NCBI GenBank assembly: GCA_028534125.1
Contig: CM052817.1
Location: 76,386,001-76,450,000, forward strand
DNA from: Lama glama
Taxonomy: Eukaryota
DNA length: 64,000 nucleotides
Reading direction: 5' to 3'
Shown here: positions 38,101 through 51,847 of the stretch, piece after piece
How the letters are laid out: the number at the start of each line of letters is the position of its first letter
Numbering within the stretch: the stretch's first letter is position 1
Made by a program: the position numbers and the translations under genes
The notes under the pieces: generated by a model
Told to the model about the DNA's origin: nothing
The model's input: the letters and a program-made list of their open reading frames with translations, nothing else
The model's database searches: none

Positions 38101-39844
38101 TGATTGATGCATGCAAGAAATTAAACATCATTAACAGCGTCACCCTCAAAAATGATCAATAACATGAATAATAAGCTGTTAAGCATCCATTATTCAACTT
38201 GACAATAGACTAGCTAGTTTTCTTCTCTTCACAGGTTTAACAAGCTTACTTTGACAGATTATTAAATAAGATCCTTTAATTTTATCAATATATATTCTCA
38301 ATCTAAACATTAGACACTACCCATGTGTAATACAAGATCAAGTATTTTTTAAGGATATATAGAGTTCTGACACATTCTTCATTATCAACTTACAATTTTC
38401 CATTTGTAATCTTTCAATAGGTAAAATACAGAATATTAGATTTCCAGTGTTAGTTGATATTCAAATAATGTTAATGTGAACTAAGATTGCCAGCATTTTT
38501 AAATTAATGTGGAAAAACAACCTCCAAAATTTATTGTTTGGAAAACATATTTTTTCAGTGTATGTTTGTTGACATTTGTGAAAATATTTTTGTGACTGTC
38601 AGCTTATAAATGCTATGAAGAAGCCGGACAATTTGCAATTTATCTCAGGTCCTTGAATGCTTAGTTAAAAGTGGCAAATGAGCAACCATTGAGATTGATA
38701 TTACATTTAGATAAGACAATCTCTTTTAAAACAAAAATTAGAACACAATCACATTATTAGCTAACGTGGACTTTAATTCAAAATCTGTGTAACAGGTGAT
38801 TTCTTTAAAGAAAAATAGCTTCAAACTTTGCTCTTATTTCATGCTGCTATCATGTTAAAAGAAGGACAGAGAGAGAGAGTGGAGAGAGCTGTATCAACTA
38901 AAGCTTGCGAATATTTTTGATCATGGAAATGACCAATAGATAATATTTTTATACTTGATAAATTCAATTTTCCAAAGATGAACTAAAAGAATGTAAAACT
39001 ACAAAAAATATGAACTCAGACTGATTGCACATGTCTTTAAATTCCCTTTTATATAAATAGAAGCAAATTACTGGTACCCTCTACTGTTATATATTTGCTA
39101 ATAAAGTTCCATTCTCCTGGGGAGTTCTAAAGTCACTAAGGCAGTCCTTGGATTATGAAAGTGAACTGAAATACAACATCACTCTAAGAGTTACATTTTC
39201 AAGTTTAGAGTTGCATTTTACCCTAGAAATTCTTTGAAAATACGAAGAAGGTTCAAGGTGAGTCCGAATGAACACTTTCTAGGTTTTGATGAACATAGTG
39301 CATAGTAACTTTAAGAAATTTTCATTTTACTTTGCCTTTGTTTGTAAATAGTATCAATAATTTCAATTTTGACTTTTCATGAATACGTTATTAAAAGCAA
39401 ACATACGTCATGTGGAACCGCAGCAGGCTAGTGATCCGTCCTGCACTGACAAGCCTTTCCCGGGGTGTCACAGGCTCTTATCTTTGTATTTCTGGTTTGT
39501 GGTACTTTCTCAAAGAGTTTAATCGAATAAAGAAACAAACGAAAAGAATGCCTCCATTATCAAATCCATTTCAATGGGTTTGTTTCTGTATAATGGACTG
39601 CAAATCCATGCAGGTAGTTTCTAAATTTACCTTTTAGATTTCTCTGTGTAAACGAATGTTTATTCCGTATATGAAACTTAATTCTCATATGGTACATACA
39701 AAGTTCCCCTTATTTCGTCAGTCTTTTTTTACCCACCTTTGGCCAGTGACCACACAACATTTCTGATGCTCTGTCCCAAAGCACCGTTTTGATCAGACTT
39801 CATGATGTCACATCGCTGATTGAATAATAATAATCTTCTCTTTT

Positions 39845-40320
39845 TTCAGTTCAAGGCCCTTTATGACAGTGAGACAACACATCTTTTCAGCCTTGTCTGC
39901 CTCTTCTCCTCCTGTGTTCTCTCTCTCTCCTATTGTCCAGTCAAACAGGGCTAATACATTTCCCTAAAACCATACTTTTTGTTTGTTTTGCGTCCATGGA
40001 TTTAGCTCATACCTCTCCTGAGACTGAAAATCCACTCACGTCAAGCAATCAAAATCAGTCCTGATGATTTTTCAATACTTACCTCAAATATTACTTCCTT
40101 CTCAAAGTTTTCCCTAAATTATTCTCTTTCTCCTTGAAGTCTATAGGATGAGTGTGTCCATCTTTCCTGTGTCAATTCATTTACTTTAACTTTTTAAATA
40201 ATGATTATATTTTATTTTTATTATACACATTTATTAATACTATATTGAGAGCTTTTATGGTCTACAAAAGATAGCAGGATGCCTTTTATAAAATAGCATT
40301 TAAATGTTTGTCAAATGTAA
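39845..40320 (+). mobile_element. L2 3' region, degenerate
   Basis: 'ttcaaggccctttatga', 'ctcaaatattacttccttc' and a terminal 'taaatgtttgtcaaatg'. Confidence 0.5.
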
Positions 40321-41561
40321 TACACTCAAGAGAATTATCTTTTTAGTTGTGAATCATGGTAATTATTCTTATCTTATGTCCAGTCATGAAAAAGAGAATA
40401 AATTTATCTCTTTGTACATACAAATGGAAGAAAACTAATCAGCTTCCAAAGCACTGGCAGAATTGTCCCATGTTTATGGGACAATTATAACTTGAAGCTT
40501 CTTAAGCCAGGGAGTAGCCACAGAAGAAAGTAGAGATGGATATTAAACTAAAATCGTAGGTGTAAGATTTTCACGCCTAAGCTGCTCCTATTTTCTATTT
40601 TTTGCTTTGTTTTGTTTTTTATTTAAACGAATATAACTGGGATGGTTTATATCAGGTAGATGGTGAAACTGCATCTGTCATTCTTTCCTCTCTTCGTCCC
40701 TTGCATGCAGTCAGATACCACCCTCCATTTATGTTACTTCCGCAGTGAATTGTGGAATCTTCGTTTTGGAGCTTCTGCTTAAATGCACACTATGCTGTTG
40801 GCTGAATACAAAAATAGGACATAAAAGTATAGAAAAGTATAGAAAAGAGGCTGCTTTGGGGTGAAATTTTAGAAATCATAGCATTGTTTTCTTCCAACAA
40901 ATGCTGTCTCATCGCTTGATAAGTGGAGGATCAGCTGAATTCCAGCCCTCACTTGCCTTCATCCAGGTATCTTGAGCAGGCTGTAACCTGGACAGCTATA
41001 TACAGCAGTGCTGCTCAGCACGGGCCCGCCTTCCCACCCCTGTTATCCTTCAAGCAAGCTGCTATAATAGAGTTGTCACTGCTATTGCAATAGCTTTCTC
41101 GCCAACCCTGAGTGATCACTCTACTGCTCAGATGGTTTTTCTCCTTTCAGTACAAGACATTACAGTTATGGTGCTCAGATATCTTTGACAGATCCAACCA
41201 AGTTAGTTTTTGCTTCACCATTTTTATTGTTTTATTTTCTGTCTCCTTCCTTTTTTTCTGGCATTTTACTGCATTCCCTTTCTTTAGTCCATCATTCACT
41301 TATTTTAGCACATGCTCCAATCTCAAAACTATTTCTAGTTTTCAAACATATACATCGAAAATATATCTTAAAACCTAAGTCCATCCATCATATGTCTGCT
41401 TGTTATTAGCATCTCTGAGATAGTCTAAGAGCCTGTGACTTGTTTGTGTGACTCACAAATTCTCTCCATTGAGAGCTTACTGGGGCATGTATGATGGATT
41501 TCTTACTGATTTTCAAGTTGAGAAGGCTTATTTTTCTTTTTCCAAATTAAATCTCTAGATC

Positions 41562-41734
41562 TCTGCTGTCTAATACAGTAGCTAGTAGCAGCATGCAATA
41601 TTTAAATTCATATAAGTGGCATTAAATTAAATTAAAGTTATTTTGTTAGTCACACTGGCTTTATTTCAAGAGCTCAGGACAGAACAGATCTAGAAAATTT
41701 CCATCCTTGCGAAAAGTTCTATTGGACAGTTCTG
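41562..41734 (-). mobile_element. MER3/MER33-type hAT-Charlie element
   Basis: 'ctgctgtctaatacagtagctagtagc...atttccatccttgcgaaaagttctattggacagttctg'. Confidence 0.75.
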
Positions 41735-42659
41735 TTTTAGCACGTAACTTGCAGAGCCTACATATGTTTTCAACTACATTTCTTAACGCAATGATCATGC
41801 AGTGTTGTTTTTAAAGCTATTATTTCTAGTGCTGCATCATATATGATTCATGAGCTGCCGGTTGAACCAGTCTTTAAATAATGATTTGTTGTTTTCTGTA
41901 GAAGTGAGTAATTTTTTCACCACATCCCAGGAGAAAGATCATGCAAATTTATATGATCTGATAGCAATGTAACTTCAGAGAAGAGCAAGTATCCTCTTAA
42001 TAATTTAGCAATTATGAAAGCTATGAGTTAATCTCTATCTAGAGTGAAAGGAAGGAAGACAACCGTATGGATACAGATAGCTTTAAAAAGCTTTGTTTGC
42101 ATCTGGTCAGTGAAAATTGTTATTTTCTTTCTTCTATGTAAACTTGCTAGATTACCTCAAATGTATATAGCAGAATATACCATGTACCAGCCGGGCAGAT
42201 GCAGCCTATGACAAGTGATTTTGATTATATGTTAAGTAGGACTTGGTAAATTTAGAGCTAACATGTATAGCTAATAATCATTTACAAAGGACTTTAACAT
42301 AAATTATCTCATTTTAGTCTCACAAAAATATATCACTGTAATTTTATCTTTGTTTGCGTATAGAAACTGAAGTAAGATTGTAATATGATGTCAACCAAGC
42401 AAACTTCTTTGCAAGTCCAAATTGTTTTCTACCATTTTAATGATAATGTCTATTGTTTTTAATACCTTTGTTATTTTATTGACTTAAATTATTCTTGGAT
42501 GTAATACAGGTACATACAGTATATTGAAATATTTTTTGTACAGCACAATATTTACAAAATGATAAGAAAAAATTTTGTTCAATACTTTATTATCGTTTAA
42601 GCCAAGACATTCAAATAATCTTTTATCACAGAATTTTTCATAAATTGATGCATAGATCA

Positions 42660-43304
42660 TCCATTCATTCACTAAGCAACTAAATAATTATTGTTTTCTA
42701 TTTACTAATCTAGGGTTTGTATATTTTAAAAAATGATTGATTTACTAACATTGACCCCCCCCAATAAAGTATTCCTCAGTAGAGAAAAAGGCATTTACAA
42801 GACACATCCAAACAATGGAGTAGTAAAATTATACCATGCAATGGACAGAAATTTCTACTGAGTAAGAAGTAGTCCAGTGATCATCTACAAAGATTTTCTT
42901 GAAGGATTGACAAAGAAACTGAGACTTAGATGTTGAATTTTAGGGAGATAGTGCAGTATATACTAGAGCTAAGTTCAAGAAATCTTTGAAATGTTCCTAA
43001 CTGTATTTGTTAAATAAAAACAAGAGAAGGTGCTAATTAAATTATCTAAATTTAGTAGCTTAAAAATAAAACATTTTGATAGAAGGTGATAGAAAATGAC
43101 ACTAGAGAGGCATATCACCTCATGAAATTCCCTGCATGAAAGCTAAGGAAAACCTTCAGTAAGCACAAAACTATTGGAGAATTTCTTAGAGGAGAGTGAT
43201 TTTGTAATATTGACGTTTTAGTTCTGTTATTCTAGGGCTGTATTTAGAAAAGTTATGGGAAAGTATGTTGGACTAGAATTACCAGATTAGGTTTAAGGAC
43301 TTTG
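42660..43304 (-). mobile_element. L2 3' region, degenerate
   Basis: 'ccattcattcactaagcaac' tail, then 'ctattggagaatttcttagaggagagtga'. Confidence 0.5.
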
Positions 43305-43319
43305 GAAGCTACTTCTTTT

Positions 43320-43431
43320 TAAAAATTTTTTTATTGAAATGTAGTTGATTTACAATGTTAATTTCAGGCATACAGCAAAGTGATTTAGTTATACACATAC
43401 ATACATGTAACATATAATGGAAAAGAATCTA
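43320..43431 (-). mobile_element. Ultra-short L1 3' end with 5' inversion
   Basis: Antisense L1 terminus at 43320-~43407, then a short oppositely oriented piece at 43408-43430. TSD gaagct[a/c]cttctttt at 43305-43319 and 43432-43446. Confidence 0.8.
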
Positions 43432-43589
43432 GAAGCTCCTTCTTTTATCCAGGAATTAGCGCAGCTGCTGGCAAGAAGAATATATTCTCTTTAAAAGATA
43501 CTTGAATGTATCTTTGGAAGTTTTCAGAGTTGTTTAATTCAGTTGTGGATATTGGGTTCTAGTTTATGAACTTGGACAATCATGCCAAC

Positions 43590-43997
43590 ATATTTTCAGC
43601 CACAGTAGCAGAGAGCTCTACTTAAAGTGGCTTAAACAGTGAGAAAAATTATCACACAGACTATGTCCTAATGGATGACAGTTAGTTAATTCAGTGACTC
43701 AGTAAAATCATCAGGTACTCTGGTTCTTTCCATTTAGTTTTCTCTGCAGTACTTGGTTGTGAGCTTTATCCTCAGGCTGACTGCCTTCAAGGTCACAGCA
43801 TCTCACAACATTTCTTGATACCACCTACATAAAAGAGGAAGATAGTGTGGCGTGTCTCCTTCAGACAAAGAAAAGCTTTCCCATACATCTTCCAACAGAT
43901 TTTTCTTCCTATCTCGTTAACAAGAACTGCTTCATTTGTCCAGAGAGGGAAATGGCATTACTGTCACTGGGGAGATCAATTAGAAGCTACCCCCTGA
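43590..43997 (-). mobile_element. MLT1K/L-like MaLR LTR
   Basis: 'aagtggcttaaaca...gttaattcagtgactcag...ggttctttccat...gaaaagctttccca'. Confidence 0.6.
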
Positions 43998-43999
43998 TG

Positions 44000-45175
44000 G
44001 ATACCCTTTTGTCATTTATAGATGTCATATCTAGAAATATTGTTCCACAGATCAATGATGCTCTTTTCATTTTTTAAAATGATTTCCCCCTATATGTTTC
44101 ATTTTGTGTACTTTATATTGCTGTGCCTTCAGGTTCATTATTTTTCACTCTTACAATGTGTAATATGCCTATTAGGCAAATTATCCTTATCCACATTATC
44201 CAAATTATCATTTATGTAGGGTATTTTTCCTCTTGAATGTTATAGCATTCATATCTAAAAGTTTAACTATCTTCTTACATTCTCCATGTCTCTAACTTTT
44301 TGAACAAATGGAATATAATAAAAAGTTTTAATATTTTTATCTGCTACTGGTAACATTCATCCCAGTTCTATGTTAATTTTTATTGAATAATTATTCCTCT
44401 TATTATAGGAGATATTATTCTGGTTCTTTGTATGCTAGAAAAATTTTGTTGGATGGTAGACATTGGGTGTTGGCTATGTTTGTGTTTCTATAAATATCCT
44501 TGTGCTTTGTTCTGTGGTGTAATAAAGTACCTAAAAGCAGTTTTATCTTTCTGGGTCTTGCTTTTTCTTTTTTTTTTTTTAAACGTAGCTTTGGGGCAAT
44601 GTTCCAGCTAGGGCTATTCCCAACTACTGATGTAAGACTTTCCTGAGGACTCTACCCAGTGCCCCTTGGATTAAAAAATTTTCTATCCTGGCTTGCAGGT
44701 GGAATTACAGGCACTGTTTCCTTAAATCCTTTGGGTGGTGCTTCCCCAGGCCTCAAGTGTTTCCTCACATATATGATAAATACTCTTCTGAATACTCAAG
44801 ATGGACCTGCCAATCTCTCTTTGTACAGCTCTCTTCTCTCTGGTACTTTGCCCTGCAAACTCTAGCTTCCTTGGTTTCCCTGGACTTTCAGCTCTATCGT
44901 CTCAATTCAGGGAATTCCCAGGGCTCCACATCAATTTCTCTTCTTTACACTAAAGTCTGGAAACTCTCTCAAGGCAGTAAGGGCAATTTTAGGGTACACC
45001 TTATTTGGCTCTTCTATCTCAAGGACCAATGTCCTTCTTTGCCCAATGTACATTGTCTTGAAGACTGTTGATTTATATATCGTTTTAAAATTTTCTTTTG
45101 CTATTGTTTTTTCAGGCACAGAGAGGGCAGGTAAATCTGTCCTTTGTAACGCCTCTTTACCAAAAGCAGAGTCTT
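44000..45175 (-). mobile_element. Old L1 5' end (5'UTR and decayed ORF1; L1MC/MD-like)
   Basis: T-rich antisense ORF1-like sequence ending 'gggcaggtaaatctgtcctttgtaacgcctctttaccaaaagcagagtc', similar to an old L1 start. Confidence 0.6.
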
Positions 45176-45368
45176 CCATACTCTGTATCTTCTTTTTTTT
45201 TTTTCTATTTCCCATAGCTTTTTATTGTTTTGGAGGCCTCTGACGAGTTTTTGACCATAAGTTCTACCTCTCTAATTTTAGTTTTTTCATTCACTTCTAG
45301 AACTTCTGTTTAGTTTATTTTTGTGCTTTCCAATTTTCTAGGAAAGTTTGTAATCTCACCTTTTATTT

Positions 45369-46847
45369 ATTTTTTATTGAAGTATAGTTGCTGTACAATG
45401 TTGTGTTAGTTTCTGGTGTACACCATAGTGATTCAGTTATACATATATATTCTTTTTCATACTCTTTTTCATTATAGGTTATTACAATATATTGGATATA
45501 GTTCCCTGTGCTATATAGTAGGATCTTGTTGTTTATTCTATGTATAATAGTTTATATCTGCTAATGCCAAACTCCTAATTTATCCCTCCCCCCATTCCCC
45601 CTTTGGTAACCATCAATTTATTTTCTATGTCTGTGAGTCTCTTTCTGTTTTGTAAATAAGTTCATTTGTATCATTTTTTTAGATTCCACATATAAGTGAT
45701 ACTATATATTTTTCTTTCCCTGTCTGATTTACTTCACTTAGTATGATAATCTCTAAGTCTATCCATGCTGCTACAAATGGCATTATTTCTTTTTATGGCT
45801 GAGTAGTATTCCATTGTATACACACGCACACACGCACACACACACAACACATCTTCTTTATCCAATTGTCTTTCCATGGACATTTAGATTGCTTTCATGT
45901 CTTGACTATTGTAAATAGTGCTGCTATGAACACTGGGGTGCATGTATCTTTTCAAATTTAAGTTTTCTCTGGATATATGCCCAGGAGTAGGGTTGCTGAA
46001 TCATATGGTAACTCTTTTTTAGTTTTTAAAGAAATCTCCGTACTGTTTTCCATAGTGTCTGCCCCAAATTACATTCCTACCAACAGTGTGGAAGGGTTCC
46101 CTTTTCTCTGCACTCTCTCCAGTGCTTGTCATTTCTGGACTTTTTAATGATGGCCATCTAACCCATGTGAGGTGTTAGATACCTCATTGTACTTTTGATT
46201 TGAATTTCTCTGGTAATTAACAATATTGAGCATTTTTTCATGTGCCTATTGGCCATTTGTATGTCTTCATTAGAGAAATTTCTGTCTAGGTCTCCTGCCC
46301 ATTTTTGAATTGGATTGTTTTTTGTTATTAAGTTGTATGAGCTGTTTATAAACTCTGGAAATTAAACCCCTGTCAGTCTCATTGTTTGCACATATTTTTT
46401 CTCATTTCACAGGTTGTCTTATTTTGCTTCTGGTTTCCTTTGCTATGCAAAAGCTTATTATAAGTTTAATTAGGTCCCATTTGTTTCTTTTTGCTTTTAT
46501 CTCTATGGCCTTGGGAGATGCCCTAGGAAAACATTGCTGTGATTTATGTCAGAGAATGTTTTGCCTATGTTCTCTTCTGGAAAATCTGTAGTGTCCTGTC
46601 TTACGTTTAGGTCTTTAAGCCATTTAGAGTTTATTTTTGTGTATGGTGTGTGGGAGCGTTCTAACCACTGATTTACATGTGGCTTTCCTAACACCACTTG
46701 TCAAAGAGACTGTCTTGTCTCCATTGTATATTCTTGCCCACTTTGTCGAAGATTGACCATAGCTGTGTGGGTTTATTTCTAGGCTCTCTATTTTGTTCCA
46801 TTGATTCATATGTCTACTTTTGTGCCAATACCACCCTGTTTTGGCAG
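45369..46847 (-). mobile_element. 5'-truncated L1 (ORF2 C-terminal part, 3'UTR)
   Basis: Peptides [26 protein letters not shown] and [17 protein letters not shown]. Perfect 15-bp TSD tctcaccttttattt at 45354-45368 and 46848-46862. Confidence 0.95.
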
Positions 46848-47291
46848 TCTCACCTTTTATTTGCTCAAATATATTATGCATACACATTTTAAAAGTCTGT
46901 GTGTGATAATTCCATTGTAATGAAGAGACAATTTATAGTGTCTCTTTGAATTCTGATCATGGTTTCTACTCTTGTTGAGTGCCTGCTTAGGTTGATTAAA
47001 TGATATACAGTGAATTGAACATTTGTATTTGTGGCTTAGAATGAGATAAGCATTAAGTTTGCTTTCTGCAGACACTTGGTGTACTAGCAATCTCAGATCA
47101 CTTAATAAAATTTTTGGGGTCCAAATATTTTAAAGTTGGGCCTTACCCCCTTCCAGGCCCACTTTGTTTCAAGTTTATAGTTATATCTGTAAGTAGAATA
47201 ATATCTTTTTAGGTATCAGTTAAAAGCATGAAACATTTACTAGGAAACCCCTCTTTGGGAGCTGCAAACTAAAATTTTAGTTCCTTTAGCC

Positions 47292-47499
47292 CAGCAGGTC
47301 TTTATTAGGCACTATTTTGTCCCAGGATATTTTTGGGACAACTGGGGCAACTTTGTTGTCACATCTTGGTAGAGGAAGGTTGTTGCTGCTAGCATCTAGT
47401 GGGTACAGACCAGAGATACTATCATACTTTCTACAATACACAGGACAGCCCCAGAACAAAGAGTTATCCAATGCAAAAATTTAATATTGAAAAACCCTC
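47292..47499 (+). mobile_element. MER20 hAT-Charlie element
   Basis: 'ttgttgtcaca...gctgctagcatctagtgggtacagaccagagatac...tacaatacacaggacagcccc...aacaaagagttatcca...ttgaaaaaccct'. Confidence 0.85.
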
Positions 47500-48886
47500 C
47501 CTAGCCCTAGGAAATAGTAAAAAGTTCATTTCAGCCTCACAGTTTCTCATTTGCTTCTTTTTGAGTCAGCAGAGTAGAGGGGAAATGCAGCCCTAAATGC
47601 CATGCTCACATCTCTGTTTTCCTTATTCTTTTTGTTCTTGCCCATAATTCTTTCTTGCCTTCTTAAGTCTCCAAAGCCTTTGACTTGATGATTTTTTCCT
47701 CATCTTTTTCCATATTCCCAAATGATTCTTGATAGGAGAGCATCACTAGACAATCATATTTTTCCGACAACTTAAAATGCACGCATCCCCTATTAAACTT
47801 TGCTGTAAAATTTTGAAATACTTGTTTAAATTTTGCTTTTGAAATAATTTGACAATAGATGTACACGATATGTCAAGTTATTTCAAATCAAACCAAGAAT
47901 TGTATGAAATTATATAAATTACATGAATCTAAAATGTCTAATTTTTTTACTTTAACAACTTTTTTTCCATTTTTGCTTTTTTATTTTTACTTTAACATTT
48001 GGTGCAAAATTATTCTTCTTTCAACTTAAAATATTTTCCCCCATAGTTAAAAAATGATGTAAGCACCTTAAAATTTCACAGAGATTTATTATTTAATGTG
48101 AATATATTAAGTACCACATTTTTAATTTATTACAAAAAATACTCTGGGAAAAAACAAATACTTGCTAGCAGCATACACCCATCACTCAGGTATGAAGTGA
48201 TTTTGTTGCTGGGTTTTGAAAGGCTTATAAATAACTTTCATCTAGCTATCTCAGAGCTGCATGTATTATAGCTGACATATAATTGACAGAGGTAATTCTC
48301 CTCTCCTTAAAACATTAATTGCAACAAGCATCTCCCAGTAAGCTCATGAATACAAAATATCTCAGGTCATTTGATGACACCGTGCAACATATATTTTAAG
48401 GTCTGACCAGTCCCATTTGATGGATTGACCATCAGAAGGCCTACTTTATGGAAAAGAGTACTTAAATATTAGGTAATTTAAGCTATGTTTATATAATGTA
48501 GAAGCACCTCACAGTTTCTAACTTTAAACATAAATTTTTCTCTTTTGTTATTATAATCAATTTTCAAGGTTAGAAAAAACAACATTAATAGTTCCGTGAA
48601 TTTGATTTATTTTTCCCAAGATACCAAGATACTAGGTGATTATGTTGCAAACACGATTATTTAAGTTTCAAGATTTTAAACTTCTCCTTCTTGTTCCTAT
48701 ATTCTTACATGTTTTTTCATCATATTGATATATTCACCACTGCTGAAAATACAATAAATTTTTCCAATGATCTGATAAAACCTTAGAAACTCACATAAGA
48801 TCATCAATCAATAAATTCAGCAGAAACCTGGAAGACTGATCCTTCATGTAAGCATTATAATTTGGATCTCTGTATGTATACGTATA

Positions 48887-49214
48887 TGTACTGGGGTTGA
48901 ATAGTTTCCCCTCAGAATTTGTGTCATGCCCACCTGGAACCATATAAGAAGAGGGAAATTCAGACACAGAGGCACAGGCACACAGGGGCCATGCGATGTG
49001 GCGATGGAGGAATGATAGCTCTACAAGTCAGGGAATCCTCAGAGGCTGTAAGAACCAATGAGGTCTTCCTGGGAGCTTCCGGGGAGTGATCATGGCCCTG
49101 ACAACCCCTTAATTTAAGGCTTCTAGCCTCCAGAATTGTGGGAGAACACATTTCTGTTGTTTTAGGCCACCCAGCCTGTGTAATTTATTAGGGCAACCCT
49201 GGGAAACTAGTACA
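48887..49214 (+). mobile_element. MLT1C-like MaLR LTR, internally deleted
   Basis: 'gggttgaatagtttcccctc...cttctagcctccagaattgtgggagaacacatttctgttgttttaggccacccag...ggaaactagtaca'. Confidence 0.8.
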
Positions 49215-50046
49215 TTCAGTATTATAAAACAATCAGAATAATATTATGCTACCTTTTCATATTTTAATTGTATATTTAAGCATATCATAGCCAATAGATG
49301 CTTTAAAAACTCCTCATTCCAAAATACGAGCATTTTTATACAAATACATACCTACACATTTCTACTGATACATTTTGGGTTCTGAAATTCAATGTATCTT
49401 TATAATAACTTGATGCGGTTTTACTGTTTACTTTATGGCAGAATAAACTAGATTTTTTTTTCTTTTTTTGGTTAAGGAAATAATTCATTTACTTTTACAA
49501 TCAGCTTCAGAATAACACATCATCTACCCAGTAAAATGTGTAGTTACAAGCATTCAAAAAGGAAGAACAAAAAGCAGTAATCCTTTACTTTACCAGAAAC
49601 TATACTTAAACCACACTGCAAACTAATCTACCTCAGTCTAGGCTATGCAAATTATAATCTCGCAGTGCACCATAAACCATTTCAACTCAAATCAAAATTC
49701 GTATAGTTTTCCTGCAGGGGTACATCCCTTTGGTGGCAAACTGAATTTGTTATTACATGTTAGTTTATTTATTTTAGTCACTTATCAGTATCCTTTTCTA
49801 ATTAAGTATTTGTAAATTTAAAATTAAGTATAAAAATTTGATTGTAAGGAAATAGTTTAAAACCTTATTGAAATACACATATAAATAAACAAAATTTGAA
49901 ATTCTGAGCCCGTTATTAAAGTCTTAGGCAAATGACATTGGATTCTAAAGTGTGGGTACTATGATCTGTATAGTATAGATTGCTGTTTTACTTGATTAAA
50001 TGCCTTCATATTATATGACTAAACATAGTCATATAAAATTAAACTA

Positions 50047-50546
50047 NNNNNNNNNNNNNNNNNNNNNNNNNNNNNNNNNNNNNNNNNNNNNNNNNNNNNN
50101 NNNNNNNNNNNNNNNNNNNNNNNNNNNNNNNNNNNNNNNNNNNNNNNNNNNNNNNNNNNNNNNNNNNNNNNNNNNNNNNNNNNNNNNNNNNNNNNNNNNN
50201 NNNNNNNNNNNNNNNNNNNNNNNNNNNNNNNNNNNNNNNNNNNNNNNNNNNNNNNNNNNNNNNNNNNNNNNNNNNNNNNNNNNNNNNNNNNNNNNNNNNN
50301 NNNNNNNNNNNNNNNNNNNNNNNNNNNNNNNNNNNNNNNNNNNNNNNNNNNNNNNNNNNNNNNNNNNNNNNNNNNNNNNNNNNNNNNNNNNNNNNNNNNN
50401 NNNNNNNNNNNNNNNNNNNNNNNNNNNNNNNNNNNNNNNNNNNNNNNNNNNNNNNNNNNNNNNNNNNNNNNNNNNNNNNNNNNNNNNNNNNNNNNNNNNN
50501 NNNNNNNNNNNNNNNNNNNNNNNNNNNNNNNNNNNNNNNNNNNNNN
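50047..50546. other. Assembly gap (500 N)
   Basis: Run of N. The flanks are not recognisably repetitive. Confidence 1.
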
Positions 50547-51356
50547 ATACTACTAAAGCTAGGGAAGAGAACCCTCAAACTACAATTAGTTAAACAATTT
50601 CACTAGTTAATTATAATGTTACTCTGGGTGAGCATGTAATATGTGTGTTAAACAAAGGGAAATGGACTTGGATTGCTGACCATTTGTGTGGAATAACTTC
50701 TATCATTTCTCAAAATAATTGACATGGCAGAGTCCAAAATCGGTAAAAAAAAAAAATTAGTATTCATTTTGTGATCTTCTGAGAGATAATAATTACTGTT
50801 TGGCAAACAGAAAATTGTTTATGCTGTACTTCTTCAATGCTACCTAGAAATTTCGTCAGTAGCTGTCAAGTATGAAGTTATATCAAAGAGGAGAAATAAA
50901 ACAAAAAACCTTCCACTCTACCTACTAAACAATTTTTTTTAAATTTTCTTTTGTATTTAAGCATCTATGTTAATTATTTTTCTGATGGTTACTTCTATGT
51001 TAAAAATATAGTGGATGAAAACATGAAATATTTATAAGCATACTTTTGAATACGTCTAAACAAAATAATTCACAATGTGAAAGATGTTATCAGGAATTAA
51101 GGCTTTCTACATGTCTCTTAATAGGTACCTTAGGTAATTCACTCATTGTACTACAAAGTAATTGTGTAATATTAGGCATTCAAAATGCAAAACTATGTCA
51201 TAGACATATGTTATCTAAAGTGGCCACTTCTTTGCTTGCCTTGTATCAACATGCCTTTGACCCTATTATCTACCTCTCTTTTTCCAACCTCTTCTCTGCA
51301 TTAAAGATTTATAAAATAACTTCTTTCTGAAAACCTCTAACTGGATGACTAATAAG

Positions 51357-51847
51357 TGAATCTTTTTCCTATTGCTGTTGTAACAAATTATCACAAATTT
51401 ACTGGCTTAAAAAACATAATATATTACATTTCTGAAGATTAGAATCCTATCACTGATTTCCCCAGGGCTAAAAGTCAAGGTTTCAGTAGGGCTGAGTTCC
51501 TTTCTGGAGGTTTTATGAGAAAATCATTCCCTTGCCTCTTCCAGCTTCTAGAAGCCACCCACATTCCTTGGATTATGGTCCATTTAACCATTTCCAACAT
51601 CAGCATCATTGAGCTGAGTCCTGCTCACTCTGCCTTCTCTTTAGTTCTTTCTTCTGCCTCTCTCTTCCACTTTCGAAGAGCCTTGTAATTACATTGGGCC
51701 CAACCAGATAATACAGGCTAATTCTCTATCTTTAAGGTCAGCTGATTAGCAACTTTCATTCCCCTCTACTCTATCAAGTAGCATCTTCAGAGTTTCCAGA
51801 AAGCTGAATGTAAATGTCTCTAGGGGAGTCATTAGTCTGCTACCACA
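51357..51847 (-). mobile_element. MLT1D-like MaLR solo LTR
   Basis: 'ttcctattgctgttgtaacaaattatcacaaattt...ccagcttctagaagcc...gtaattacattgggccca...ctaccaca'. Perfect 5-bp TSD ataag at 51352-51356 and 51848-51852. Confidence 0.88.

Noticed and set aside
41081..41094. 14-bp palindrome gctattgcaatagc
   Set aside because: A few palindromes of this length are expected by chance in 64 kb.
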